Positions 1 through 12,730 of a DNA stretch of 32,000 bases are shown here, in pieces. The DNA is taken from assembly GCF_000400465.1 (NCBI RefSeq), contig NW_008806303.1:1-32000 (forward strand), in the 5' to 3' direction. This DNA is from Wallemia ichthyophaga EXF-994 (lineage: Eukaryota > Fungi > Basidiomycota). Under the pieces are notes generated by a model. It did not search any database. It had not been told where the DNA came from and was given only the letters and a program-made list of their open reading frames with translations. Each line of letters starts with the position of its first letter. Position 1 is the first letter of the stretch. The translations under genes and the position numbers were made by a program.

Positions 1-1966
1 TCACTATGGTCACCCTGATTTCCTGAACGCAATCTTCATGACAACTAGAGGTGGTGTTGCCAAGGCACAGAAGGGTCTTCATTTGAACGAGGATATCTTC
101 GGTGGTATGACTGCTTTCCAAAGAGGCGGTAGAATTAAGCATTCCGAGTACTACCAATGTGGTAAAGGTCGTGATCTTGGTTTCGGTACTATTCTCAATT
201 TCCAGACCAAGATCGGTACCGGTATGGGTGAACAAATGATTTCTAGAGAGTATTATTACCTCGGCACCCAATTGCCTATGGACAGGTTCCTCACTTTCTA
301 CTACGGTCATGGTGGTTTCCACGTGAACAACATTCTCGTAATTTTCTCCGTTCAGATCATTACCACGACAATGGTTTACCTTGGTACACTGAATGAGACG
401 CTGGATATCTGTGAATATTCTTCTTCTGGTGATTACCTTGGTGGACAACCAGGTTGCTATAACTTGTCACCGCTCTTTGGCTGGATCGAAAGAACCATCA
501 TTTCCATTTTCTTGGTTTTCATGATCGCTTTCTTGCCATTGTTCCTTACAGAGCTAACTGAGAGAGGTGCATTCAGGGCTGTAGTCAGATTAGCCAAACA
601 CTTCTTGTCGCTTTCGCCACTTTTCGAGGTCTTCTCTACGCAAATCTACCGTCACTCCATCGTTACTTCATTGACATTCGGTGGTGCTAGATATATCGCT
701 ACTGGTCGTGGTTTCGCAACATCTAGAATCAGTTTCCCTATTTTGTTCTCTAGATTCGCTGGTCCATCGATCTACATGGGTATGAGAACGTTGATGATGT
801 TGCTCTTCGTAACGTTGACTAATTGGATTCCACACATTATCTACTTCTGGATTTCGTCGTTGGCATTGACGTGAGTGGTGTTTTTGTTTTAGAATATTCC
901 GCTAACAAGCTGCAGTATCGCGCCATTCTTGTTCAATCCACATCAATTTTCCCGCAGCGACTTCATTATTGACTACCGTGAATTCTTGAGATGGATGAGC
1001 AGAGGTAACTCACGCTCGCACGCCAACTCATGGATCGGCTACTGTCGTCTTTCGCGCACTCGTATCACAGGGTACAAGAAAAAGCGTCTTGGTCACCCAT
1101 CCGAGAAGCTTTCAGGTGATGTTGCGCGTGCAGGCTGGCGCACAGTCATATTCAGTGAAATACTCTGGCCGATTTCGATGGCAATTATTTTGGCAGTAGC
1201 GTACATGTATATGGAATCGTTCCCAGTCAACGGTAACCAGCAAGGCAGTGCGTTTGTCAGAGTGCTCATTTTCGCATTCGGTCCGGTCGTATGGAACGCG
1301 GCAATTCTCGCACTTGGATTCCTCACATCGCTTTTCCTCGGTCCAATGCTCACACGCGTAATGCCAAAGTTCCCTGCAGTTATTGCTGCGTCAGTGCACT
1401 GTCTCGCTGTGCTTGGATTGCTCGGTTTCTTCGAGTTTATTTGGTATCTGGAGAGATGGAGAGTGGCAAACATTGTCATTGGTATGCTTGCAGCTATCGC
1501 TATACAGAGAGCGTTTTTCAAGACGATTATTTCACTTTTCCTCACTCGTGAGTTCAAGAACGACGAGGCTAATAGGGCTTGGTGGAGTGGTAGATGGTGG
1601 TCGACAGGTCTCGGTCGCCATGCATTCTCTCAACCGTTGAGAGAATTCCTCGTGAAGATTGTCGAGTGTTCACTTTTCGCAGCTGACCTTATTTGCTGTC
1701 ATATAATACTCATTGGGCTGTCTATTCCACTGCTCATTCCTTTCATTGACAAGATTCATTCAACGGGCTTGTTCTGGCTTAGACCTTCTAAGCAGATCCG
1801 CCCACCAATTTTCTCATTCAAGGTGCGCGCTCAGAGACGTTCAATTGTACTCCGCTACTCGTTACTCTACCTTGCTGTAGTATGCTGCTTGGCTGCGCTG
1901 ATTGTCGTACCACTAGTAATTAAGAACCAGGTAGACTTTTCGTGCGATATCTGCCAACGTATCTAG
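1..1966 (+). CDS. FKS1: 1,3-beta-glucan synthase catalytic subunit, 3' part (5'-partial); intron 871-915
   Basis: Frame from position 2 reads [18 protein letters not shown], then [36 protein letters not shown]. Removing the GTGAGT...GCTAAC...CAG intron joins LALT|[11 protein letters not shown]. Multi-TM C-terminus; stop TAG 1964-1966. Confidence 0.97.
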
Positions 1967-2219
1967 GTAACTTCTCTTTTATTCCATTCAGGCTTTCAAA
2001 ATAACTGCATAATGGCACATTTCAAACCCGGACAATTAAACGAAACCAACAAAACACCTCATCTACAAGAAAATAATGCCTTTATCCTACACACGTACAA
2101 ACATAGTGAAATGTAGTCTCTTTTTCAACTTTATTTTTTACACTCTTATTGTTATTAATTCAAAGCAAATCTTTGTTGAATATATGAACATTTTCTATTA
2201 GGTGATGGTTTTCGTTATA

Positions 2220-3696
2220 CTACGCTACAATGGTGACTACATCTTCATTAGCTACTCGATGTGTGAAAGAAACCTTCTGAGGTTGTGGATTGAATTTACT
2301 CGATTTTCCCCAAACGATAGCATATTTGAAAGATTCAGCGAGTGAGCGGTGAATGGAGTGACAGACGTGTTCGATAGTTGCACCCTTACGCATACAAACC
2401 GGATCGTTAAGGTCAGGATGAGTGCCACGTCTCTTTGTATATATTTTGAGAAGGTCTAGTTGCTCCCACATGCGCTCGATGAGGTAATCGAGGTTGAGAT
2501 CCATCTCGCAAGACAGAGGAACTGTGTTCGGCTCGTGTGCCAGTCTATTCACCTCCTCCAACGACACGCCGTCTATCTTGTTGTATGCGTAGACGCAATT
2601 CATGTACTTCCTCTGAAGTGTTTGTGTTAGTGTGGGTGATTCAAATGATACCTTCACCCACATTGCCGAGAACGACATCAATGAAATCGTCCGCTGTTAT
2701 CTGAAAATAGGGTTAGTGCGCGGAGGGTTTATGAATCCTACTGACATCCTCCCTGATCATAATATCTGCATTGTGTATTTTGTATTCCTGGAGAATGGTT
2801 CTTTGGAGAGTGAGTGTGGGTAAATGATTAAACTAACCACGCACCTCAACGTTCTCTGGTCAGTGTGGGTCAATTCAACAGGACAATTGATAGTCACACC
2901 GCCTGTCTTCTTCTTCTTTATCTGGACATCGGGTCTTTTCTTGTTAAGGCGAATACCGACAGCTTCGAGCTGGGAGTGGGTGAGAGTGTGAGTGAGTATG
3001 AATGTAAAAGACGACAACCAACCTCATACTCCAACAAACGTCTCTGTTCCAAAGACTTTGTTGCGTCGAGTACTATCAAAACAAGATCAGCAGTTTTCGC
3101 AACACTGACGACCTGTCGACCACGACCTCTACCAGCAGAAGCACCCTCAACAATACCGGGTAAATCGAGTAGCTGTATGCGTGTACCTTGGTGTTCGAGT
3201 ACACCGGGAATAGCGGTAAGAGTAGTGAACTCGTAATCGGCCGTAGCAGATTCTGTCTTTGTTGTTTTCGAGAGAAGCGTGGATTTACCGACGGAAGGGA
3301 AACCGATCATGACGATACGAGCGTCACCGCTCTGGAGGGAGTGAGTGGGTAGTTTAGTATGCTAACACTATAAACACCTTCATTACATCGAAACCTTCAC
3401 CTGGTTTTGATGATTTGGTCGATGGCTCGAGTAGTTGCTGCCTGTGTTTTGCTAGCTTCGCTTTGAGTTGACCAAGGTGATATTCAGTATTTTTATTCTT
3501 CTGAGTTCTTGAATTTGAATTAGCTGCTAGTGCCTTGCAACACTGCGATCGACATACCTCCTCATCTCATCTTGTATTCAAGTAAGTTTAATAGCCCTGG
3601 CTAGTAACACAAACCTTCAATTTCCTGTATCTGCTAGGTTTTAGAACAACTTGTAACTTAATAGTTTACTCTACAAACCTTTTCTAATACTCCCAT
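2220..3696 (-). CDS. RBG2: Developmentally regulated GTP-binding protein (DRG2/Rbg2, OBG family), 8 inferred introns; first three exons 18, 16 and 13 nt
   Basis: Spliced N-terminus MGVLEK|IQEIE|DEMRR|[21 protein letters not shown]1 GFPSVGKS, G2 YEFTTLT, G3 DLPG, C-terminal TGS domain. ATG at 3696. The last codons are slightly uncertain. Confidence 0.92.
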
Positions 3697-3758
3697 TTTA
3701 CTTGAATTTCGTCGTGGTGGTTGAAATTTACAAGCACTTCTCTTCTAATCAAACAGCC

Positions 3759-4799
3759 ATGTCTTCGCATACAAAACAATGCCTGGCGGAGATAAACAAA
3801 TCTATCAACTCCATCAAACCCGTCCTTGAGCAGATTGATTCTCTTGAAATTCCCAGCGCTGGTCTTCCACTGTTGACAAGTAAATCAAACACCCTATCTC
3901 AATATATACACCACCTTGCCCTCCTATCCACCTTCAGGCTTCAGAAATCCTCCATTCAATCAAGAGGCGCTGCTCAAATCCAATCCGGCGATCTAGTCGA
4001 CGATCTTATCAAGCAGCGCATCGTACACGACAAGACGCGTGCTCTCCAATCCAAGCTGCGTTATCGAATTGATAAGTTGATTGGAGCAGCTAGTGGTGAG
4101 GCTGTGCAGGATTCCACATCCATCGATCCACTCGCTTTTAAACCAAATCCATCTGCACTCATCGACAAGCGCAGGAATGAGCCAGATGAGCCAGATGAAG
4201 ACGGTGCTGAGCATTCAGGCGTATATAAACCACCTAAACTCGCTGCCGTTCCTTATACTGATCCTGAAAAGGCTCCACGGAAAGATAAGAAGGTTATTCC
4301 ACAGGCTATCCTCCCTGAGCTGGTTGGCGGGATGGATGTTACCCAGCAGTCTTCCACCGGTCTTGGCACTGTTCCTTCCAAGCTTTCCTCTAAACGTGCA
4401 CGGGAATTACAGCATATCAACGACTACGAAGAAGAAAACTTCACCCGTCTGGTGCAGAACAGGAAGGAAGGTAATAGGAGATTGCGCGATGAGGCTGATA
4501 TCGCTCTCGGTGGTGGTGGTGTGTTGAAGGGAAGGCGTGTTGGTGGATTGGATGGCGAGTTCGATGACGTTCTCCGCGCTGTCGACTCGAAACCCAAGAA
4601 AAGCGGGAATAAGACACCGATCTACGATGAACTCGATAAGATGGCTAAGAAGGGCAGTGCTCTCGATAGAGCTAAGGCTGTGAATAGCAAAAGACCTCAC
4701 TCTGATAACTCGGATATTCACTCGTCAAATGCTAAACGTGGTAGATTTGATCGCCAAGTGGGTGATGCAGCGCGCAAGCAGAAGAAAAGGAGGGGATAG
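3759..4799 (+). CDS. LCP5: U3 snoRNP / SSU processome protein Lcp5 (neuroguidin, Sas10/Utp3/C1D family)
   Basis: N-terminal LLTSKSNTLSQYIHHL...LIKQRIVHDKTRALQSKLRYRIDKL, followed by DPLAFKPNP, GVYKPPKL and YEEENFTRL; basic C-terminus. First ATG at 3759. Confidence 0.82.
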   Translation: MSSHTKQCLAEINKSINSIKPVLEQIDSLEIPSAGLPLLTSKSNTLSQYIHHLALLSTFRLQKSSIQSRGAAQIQSGDLVDDLIKQRIVHDKTRALQSKLRYRIDKLIGAASGEAVQDSTSIDPLAFKPNPSALIDKRRNEPDEPDEDGAEHSGVYKPPKLAAVPYTDPEKAPRKDKKVIPQAILPELVGGMDVTQQSSTGLGTVPSKLSSKRARELQHINDYEEENFTRLVQNRKEGNRRLRDEADIALGGGGVLKGRRVGGLDGEFDDVLRAVDSKPKKSGNKTPIYDELDKMAKKGSALDRAKAVNSKRPHSDNSDIHSSNAKRGRFDRQVGDAARKQKKRRG

Positions 4800-4891
4800 A
4801 TGTTATTATAGTTTAATATTTTATTATCTTATTTGTTTTCTTTGTAATGACGTTAGAACGCTTAGCATCGCCATCACCGCCATCACCTTGA

Positions 4892-6304
4892 ATGAGCAAC
4901 GATTCGAAAACAACACGCTCAAAGGAAGTACTCTCATTTCTTGACCAGCTAGACACAGACCTCAAGACACCGGGCGCAGCAGTGGCTGTAAGCCAGGATG
5001 CACGCCACGAGGCAGAGCAGCACCCGGAGACACAAGCGCAGGTAAATGTAGAGGAATTCACAGCGAACCAAGAGCCGCCATCAGCCACTACAGACGAGGC
5101 AGAGAAGACTATCGCTTACCTCCAAAACCTGGCGCTGAAGAAGAGCAGCAGAGGAGCCACACCGGTGAGCACATCGCCAGCCCCAGATAAAGGCAAGCAG
5201 AGGGAGTTGAGCGGTGATGCAGAGACACCACAACAGCCTGAGCCTCAAGCAGAGCACGCTCCAACCCAACCACCAGCACCGCCATCTGGGTGGGGGAGTT
5301 GGTTCACTGCCGCACAGACACAGGCTCAAGCAGCGCTAGCACAAGCGCGTGAAGTAGCCGAGCACACAGCTACTACGGCCACACACACTCCAGCACCCGA
5401 ATGGAAGAGCAGGCTTGGAGGATTCGTTAAAGGTGCGGGTCTCGATAGATTAGCCCATGATCTCGCCACACAAGGCAAACACGCTCTCAGTGAGGTATAC
5501 AAAGCGGTCGTTCCCCCCCTCGCCTCTGCTGAGGTACTCGATGTGTGGGTGTCCCATGATATGGTGGGTTACGACGGTATTGCGGATGTCGTCTACGCGG
5601 GTCTGGCTAAATCTCTCGAACTTATCGAGGGCGGCGAGCTCGTAGTTAATACGCAGAAGAGTACAGAATCTACACGCGATATCAACCTTCTCGATAATTT
5701 GGATGCCGCCACTCAACTCACACAAGAACGCCTCAACGCCCTTCTCGAAGCAGAGGCTGAGTTGAAGGAGAAGAAGAAGCTGGCGCTAAGCAAGAAGAAT
5801 GAGAGTGATAATGAGATTGTCCATGAGCATGCGCATGCGCAGAACGAGAAAGATAAAAGACAAGATAGTAATACTCACAATGAGCATGACGTGCTTACAC
5901 AATCTCACGCAAACCCTCACACACCCATCAAACTACGCGTACAGCCCTACACAGAACGCAGTCCACGCCCAGTTGTGCAAATGAATTCAGTTGAAAGCGC
6001 AGAAAAGGAATACGTGTGTATACGATTCATGCTCACTCTCGTAGATAGCGCACATGGTGTCGAATGTGCATCATTCTCACAATCCCTTCCACTCAGCTGG
6101 ATTGAGGAGGAAAGTTCACGTCAAGGCGACGATAAAGTCAACTACCTCATTTGGATTGAAGGTGCTCTCATAGGTGTGATTAAGTCTGCTGTTGAACATA
6201 TTGCTCTCGATTACCTCCGTAAACGTAACATTGACGTTACTACCCTCGCCAATAACTTGGATTGGTCAGCTGCTACTGCACAGATTCCCGTTTCAGATTA
6301 TTAA
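4892..6304 (+). CDS. MTC1: Maintenance of telomere capping protein 1 (Mtc1/DUF5427)-like
   Basis: Recognised from memory of the fungal family: N-terminal EVLSFLDQLD, low-complexity linker, GWGSWF, and core VVPPLASAEVLDVWVSHDMVGYDG...IEGGELVV. Confidence 0.72.
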   Translation: MSNDSKTTRSKEVLSFLDQLDTDLKTPGAAVAVSQDARHEAEQHPETQAQVNVEEFTANQEPPSATTDEAEKTIAYLQNLALKKSSRGATPVSTSPAPDKGKQRELSGDAETPQQPEPQAEHAPTQPPAPPSGWGSWFTAAQTQAQAALAQAREVAEHTATTATHTPAPEWKSRLGGFVKGAGLDRLAHDLATQGKHALSEVYKAVVPPLASAEVLDVWVSHDMVGYDGIADVVYAGLAKSLELIEGGELVVNTQKSTESTRDINLLDNLDAATQLTQERLNALLEAEAELKEKKKLALSKKNESDNEIVHEHAHAQNEKDKRQDSNTHNEHDVLTQSHANPHTPIKLRVQPYTERSPRPVVQMNSVESAEKEYVCIRFMLTLVDSAHGVECASFSQSLPLSWIEEESSRQGDDKVNYLIWIEGALIGVIKSAVEHIALDYLRKRNIDVTTLANNLDWSAATAQIPVSDY

Positions 6305-6621
6305 CAAGACAATTACTCTTGATTTCTTGACAAAATGACTTGATACATTGATACAATTAAATATAAAACGTTGTTTGTGCAGATGTTTGTGGGCAAGAGG
6401 AGAACAAGTGTAGTTATAGTTAAGGAGTTTATATCCATTTGAAGATTATCGTTGGCTTTAAGTAAGTTGTAGTAATTAATGATTGATCTTGTCTTGATTT
6501 TCTTATTATTATTATTCTTCTCGTTCTTTTTCTTGTTATGCAATTTTCTTCTTTCTGTTGATACACTGAATACACGCGCTTTCTTCTTGGTTTACATCCA
6601 AAAAATACACTTGAACTCTTC

Positions 6622-7754
6622 TCACTCAATTCTGTCAGACAAGTTAAGTAGGAGAGTTGCCAGACATCTCTTTGTGACCATGTCGCCTTTAAGTAGTCCT
6701 GAGAATGTTGCATCACGGAGCGGTTCAGGGAGACATGCCCTAAGTGCCTCTCTAGCTCTTGGATTATCAGATAAACGCAAGTAGCATCTAACTACATGTT
6801 TCAAAAGTCTGACTGCCTGAGTCTCGACCAATTGATTAACCATATTCGCGAGAACTGTTCCAACGGCATAGAATCTCTCGTAAGTTTGACATATATATGC
6901 CAAACCTAAATTATCGAGTAGAATTTTCTGTACGATAAAGATTGCCACCGTTTTAGATAACTCGGATCCTGTTTCCATGATTCTGAGACAGAGTGGAATA
7001 ATCTCCGTTGAGAGAAGGAAATTGATCACTTCGCTGTTATCATTTTGTTTGACCAGCGCACCAATCACACCGAGGGATGTCAACCTGAGATACTCAAATG
7101 GGCGAGACTTCGAAGTGGTGTTGAGGAATGGATATAAAAACAGCGGTATGTGTGCAGATAAAAACAAACCTCTCGTCTCATTGTGGCTGGCTACGCACTG
7201 AAGGAGAGCGAGTGCATTACAGACTCTATTGCTGGCGTGAGCGGTGAGTGAAGGAGGGCTAAGGAGTGGATAAACGGCAACAATTTCCTGCAACAAGGCA
7301 CTCATAACACCGAAAGAGTGCCATAAAACCAATGCAAGATCATCGTAAGCTTCTCTCCTCTTTGATAATTCAAGCAGGGCAGTCTCACGAGTTGATGGCT
7401 GCTGGAGCTGTATGATCAGCGAGTAAATTTTATCCTCTTCCATTCCAGGTTGAGCGAGAAGAAGATACTTCCCTGTCTGGACGTGTGCCGCTGTATTCCT
7501 GGGAGAGGGCAGAGATGAATGGGAGTGGTTTGGAGTTGACGTTCTCGAGAGGTTGACAGCGTTGAATGAGTTCAGTGTGGCTGTAGCCGGGTGTGAGATA
7601 CTCGGCGACGTGAGTCCCAAATCTTCTGCAGCGCTTTCGAAAGGATCGCTGTGTGTTGTGAGTTGTTTGATTCGTCGCAGAAATCCAGTAAAACGCACGC
7701 AGAAAGTGCTGCAATATCATTGGCTTTGTTTGGTATAGGATTGGCTAGAATCAT
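6622..7754 (-). CDS. RCD1: CCR4-NOT subunit Rcd1/Caf40/CNOT9; intron 7698-7649
   Basis: [14 protein letters not shown]...[44 protein letters not shown] 50-nt GTGCGT...CTCAC...CAG intron joins [19 protein letters not shown] in frame to DPFESAA. The start is less certain than the core. Confidence 0.92.
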
Positions 7755-7982
7755 TTTAACAAGCTCCTACGTTTCCCGTGCGTTTCCTGATTGCTGTTCG
7801 TCGTTGTTGCGCAGGAGAGTGCTGAACGTGAGTGTGAGTGTGAGAGAAGGTTGTATAAATTTTTTAAGCTTCTGTGCGCATCTTGCTGTGTGCTGGTGGA
7901 TATTATGCTCATATACTCTCTTGCCCGTCGGTGCCATTCCCCAACGCAATCTGCTCGACTGGCACGCAAACTGAGCGGAGTG

Positions 7983-8045
7983 GGGAGATGAGGTAGGAGC
8001 GATACCGACGAATGACCGCAATTACGCCCGCACCGCTCATCTCCC
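7983..8045. promoter_or_regulatory. 10-bp inverted repeat GGGAGATGAG / CTCATCTCCC (PAC-like GATGAG cores) upstream of BRX1
   Basis: Arms at 7983-7992 and 8036-8045 are perfect reverse complements, 48-110 bp upstream of the BRX1 ATG. A regulatory role is inferred only. Confidence 0.4.
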
Positions 8046-8092
8046 TGCATCTCCAATTTAAACGTGAAATAACACCTTGCTCACACACAGTC

Positions 8093-9205
8093 ATGTCGAC
8101 GAAATTGAAAGCGCTATCGAAGAAGAGAACGGCGGAGGACGACAATGACAGCAACGCGCCACAGGCAAAGAAGGTGCAGAATAAGCAGCGTGTGCTTGTA
8201 CTCTCGAGCAGAGGTGTCACCGAGCGTTATCGACACCTCATGAACGATCTCCAAGCGCTTCTCCCGCACACCAAGAAAGGTAATAACGTTGTTTGTTTGT
8301 GATTTATCTCTAATTTGCTTTTACAGACTCAAAAATCAGCTCAAAGACGTCACTCGCAACTCTCAACGAACTCGCTGATTTGGCAAGCTGCAATAATATA
8401 ATGTTCTTCGAAACCAAACATCACGCTCAAATTACTGATCTCTATCTCTGGTTGGCTAAGGCGCCTAATGGACCATCGGTTAAATTTCACTTGCAGAATT
8501 TGCATACGATGGATGAGCTGAAAATGACTGGAAATTGTTTGAAGGGATCAAGGGGTATTCTAAGCTTCGGTGAGGAGTTTGACAGTGAGCCGTGGTTACA
8601 GCTTTTGAAGGAACTGTTTACGCAGGTGAGAGGAGGCTGTCGTGAGACTATCGAAGCACCCGCTAATCAACAAACTTACTTAGACATTCGGCGTTCCTAC
8701 TTCATCCCGTCGCATTAAACCTTTCTTCGATCACGTCCTTTCGTTCTCTTATCTGGATGGCAAGATCTGGTTCAGGTCTCACCAGGTTGGTTCGTTTACT
8801 TGGCGTTGTACACAACTCACACTAGACTCAGATTGTGGAGAAAGATGCGACGACAATCAAGGCTGAACTCGGAAACAAGAATAAATCTCCTGCAACTACA
8901 CTGGTTGAAATTGGTCCACGTTTCGTGCTCACCCCAATACGTATATTTGAAGGCTCTTTCGGTGGCCCAACAGTGTTTTCGAATCCAGGTGCGTAAACGT
9001 ATACTGTGTAGCTTATTACACCACTTACACGGTCGCAGAATTCTTGCCTCCTACCAAAATACGCAAAATGGAGAGAGAGGAGAAGGCAGAAAAGTACAGC
9101 AACAGGAAGGACACACAAGAGGAGTCGAAGCAGCGCAAGAAAGATATCAGCAAACGCGACAGAGGATTGGCTGGGGAATTGGAAACAGCCAAGGTATTTG
9201 CATGA
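8093..9205 (+). CDS. BRX1: Brix-domain ribosome biogenesis protein Brx1, 4 introns
   Basis: NKQRVLVLSSRGV, LPHTKK|DSK, LWLAKAPNGPSVKFHLQNLHTMDELKMTGNCLKGSR, KPFFDHV, sigma70-like LVEIGPRFVLTPIRIFEGSFGG; stop TGA 9203-9205. Confidence 0.95.
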
Positions 9206-9300
9206 TAAGGTTGAATTGTATAGACAAAGATATTTATTTATGTTTCTGGTTTCAAATGGGTTGTTACCGCACCGTCATTGGATATAAGATAAACCAAACA

Positions 9301-10181
<881 letters not shown>

Positions 10182-10243
10182 ATAGAAACAAATTTATATC
10201 TCAGACTTGTTTGACTGATACCGTCATCACTTGTACGCAGACG

Positions 10244-12616
10244 ATGGATCATCAAATAATTGGTATTGTGAATAAGCTTCAAGTGGGTTGTGATTGGGGA
10301 TATTTGAATACTGGTCATCTCACACATCCAAACCCAAGGACGCTTTCACAAATGTTGGAATCCCAAATCCAATCGATTTACCACAAATTACAGTCATTGG
10401 ATCTCAGTCGAGGTAATTTGCTGTTTACTTGGCTATACACGTACTCATTCATCCACTCTCAGCGGTAAATCATCTGTTTTAGAGGTTGGTGCATTTATCC
10501 CCGCTTAAATATCATTAATATTGATGGATTTTAGAATATTGTGGGTAAACACAGCTTAACAAGATAACCCGCTAATCCATTCACAGGTCGGTAGAGACTT
10601 CCTTCCACGTGGCACTGGTATCGTTACAAGAAGACCTTTGGTTGGTTGTCTTTGATTGGCTGAAATCTATATTCACTCGTCCATCCAGATTCTTCAACTT
10701 ATCCACAGACCTGCCACCGCTAAAAAAGAAGACAGTGGTGCGTCTCATCCGCTGTCGTCTTTGCCCAACCACTCACTCACTAAATCCCAGAAGAGCGCTC
10801 AAATGAAAACAACCCAGATGAATGGGGCGAATTCCTTCACTTGCCAGGCGAAAAATTCCACGATTTCGACAAGATCAGGGATGAAATTGTCAATGATACA
10901 GAATTAAAGACTGGTAAAAATGCTGGTATCAGTCCACTCCCAATTAACTTGAGGATCTTCTCCCCTAACGTCCTCACTTTGACCCTCGTTGACTTGCCGG
11001 GAATGACTCGCGTACCTGTCGGTGATCAGCCACGCGACATTGAAAGACAGATACGTGACATGCTCTACAAGTTCGTTTCCAAGCCTAATGCCGTCATTCT
11101 TGCTGTTACTGCTGCAAATACTGACTTAGCTAACTCTGATGGTCTCAAATTGGCTAGAGAAGTTGATCCAGACGGCACGAGAACTATTGGTGTACTTTCT
11201 AAAGTTGACTTGATGGACCAGGGTACCGATGTTGTCGATATTTTAGCCGGTAGAGTCATCCCCCTCCGACTAGGTTATGTTCCTGTCGTCAACAGAGGTC
11301 AACGCGATATAGAGCAGAAGAGAGCTATCTCCTCAGCATTAGAAACTGAAAGAGCCTTCTTTGAAAATCACAACAGCTATAGATCTAAAGCTCAATACTG
11401 CGGTACACCCTTCTTGACAAGGAAGTTGAACATGATACTCATGCATCACATCAAAACGTGCTTACCAGACATTAAATCAAAAATTTCTGCCTCATTGGCC
11501 AAATTCCAATCTGAATTACAATCATTAGGTGGTACACATGGACAGGACAACGGAGCGAATGTTGTCCTGACGGTCATAACAGACTTCTGTAATGAATTCA
11601 GAACAGTTATCGACGGTAACACCCATGACTTGTCCTTGCAAGAGTTATCAGGTGGTGCAAGAATTTCTTTCTGTTACCACGAGCTATTCAACAATGGTGT
11701 CAAGTCTATTGATCCGTTCGATCAAGTAAAAGACGGAGATATTCGCACTATATTATATAACAGCTCTGGATCGACACCTGCACTCTTCGTTGGTACTACC
11801 GCTTTCGAAATTATTGTCAAGCAGCAGATTAGAAGATTGGAGGATCCAGCCATCAAGTGTTGTGCACTTATTTATGAAGAGCTGATTAGAATACTTAGTC
11901 AACTACTCAGCAAGATACAATCTTTCAAGCGCTATCCAGCATTAAAGGAGAGGTTCAATAGTGTAGTCATTGCCTCGTTCAAGAAAGCAATGGAGCCAAC
12001 ACAGAAACTCGTGACTGACATGGTCAACATGCAAGCGTGTTACATTAATACCACACACCCAGATTTCTTATCAGGACACAAAGCTATGGCATTGGTGACA
12101 GAGCGCCAACAACAAGCACAAAAGGCTCCTCCACCAGCTGTGGACCCTAAGACAGGAAAATTGGCACCAGGTGTGTTGAACAACAATCGTGATTTAGATG
12201 TAGACACTAAGAAGGAAGAACCATCGTTCTTTGGCTCCTTCTTCTCCAAAGCGGGCAGTGGTACCGGGCAGAAGAAGAAGGGACCAGTGATGGAGTCACC
12301 ACCACCACAAATAAGACCACAGAGTGCTCTTAACGACAGAGAGCTACTTGAGACGGAGGTGATTAAGATGCTGATAACGTCATATTTCAATATCGTCAAG
12401 AGGGAAATGATCGACATGGTACCCAAAGCGATCTCATACACGCTCGTGCAAAAATCGAAGGATCACTTGCAGAGAGAGCTTTTACAAGAGCTCTACAAGA
12501 CAGAGGTGCTCGATGATTTGATGAAAGAGTCAGATTTCGTCGTGCAGAGGAGAAAAGAATGTATCAAGATGGTTGAAGCATTGAACAAAGCGGAGGAAAT
12601 CATTTCAACCGTCTAG
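10244..12616 (+). CDS. VPS1: Dynamin-like GTPase Vps1, 7 exons (39, 74, 22, 6, 54, 49 nt, then 10791-12616)
   Basis: Spliced [13 protein letters not shown]|DAF...[12 protein letters not shown]|SGKSSVLE|NI|[18 protein letters not shown]; LVDLPG, SKVD, middle domain and GED. Confidence 0.93.
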
Positions 12617-12697
12617 ACTGAATAAACTGAGTTAAGAATGAATACCAAATTTTCTTTTTCTAAGTGTTAATAATAAAAAATGGTGAAAATCTGCAAA

Positions 12698-12705
12698 TAT
12701 ATAAA
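12698..12705 (+). promoter_or_regulatory. TATA box (TATATAAA) of the snR30/U17 gene
   Basis: Consensus TATATAAA about 30 nt upstream of the first stem of the structured RNA. Confidence 0.55.
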
Positions 12706-12730
12706 GAGGGATTTCGCCTTATGTTTCAAA

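Noticed and set aside
2168-2222. Possible extra terminal intron in DRG2 (GTAGTA...AAAG)
   Set aside because: The unspliced reading already ends the TGS domain at VVTIVA*; the donor is weak and there is no supporting evidence.
6313-6543. 76-aa Asn/Lys-rich minus-strand ORF and a short (TTA)n tract downstream of RCD1
   Set aside because: No ATG start (TTG only), AT-rich low complexity and no convincing splice link to RCD1; best read as 3' UTR.
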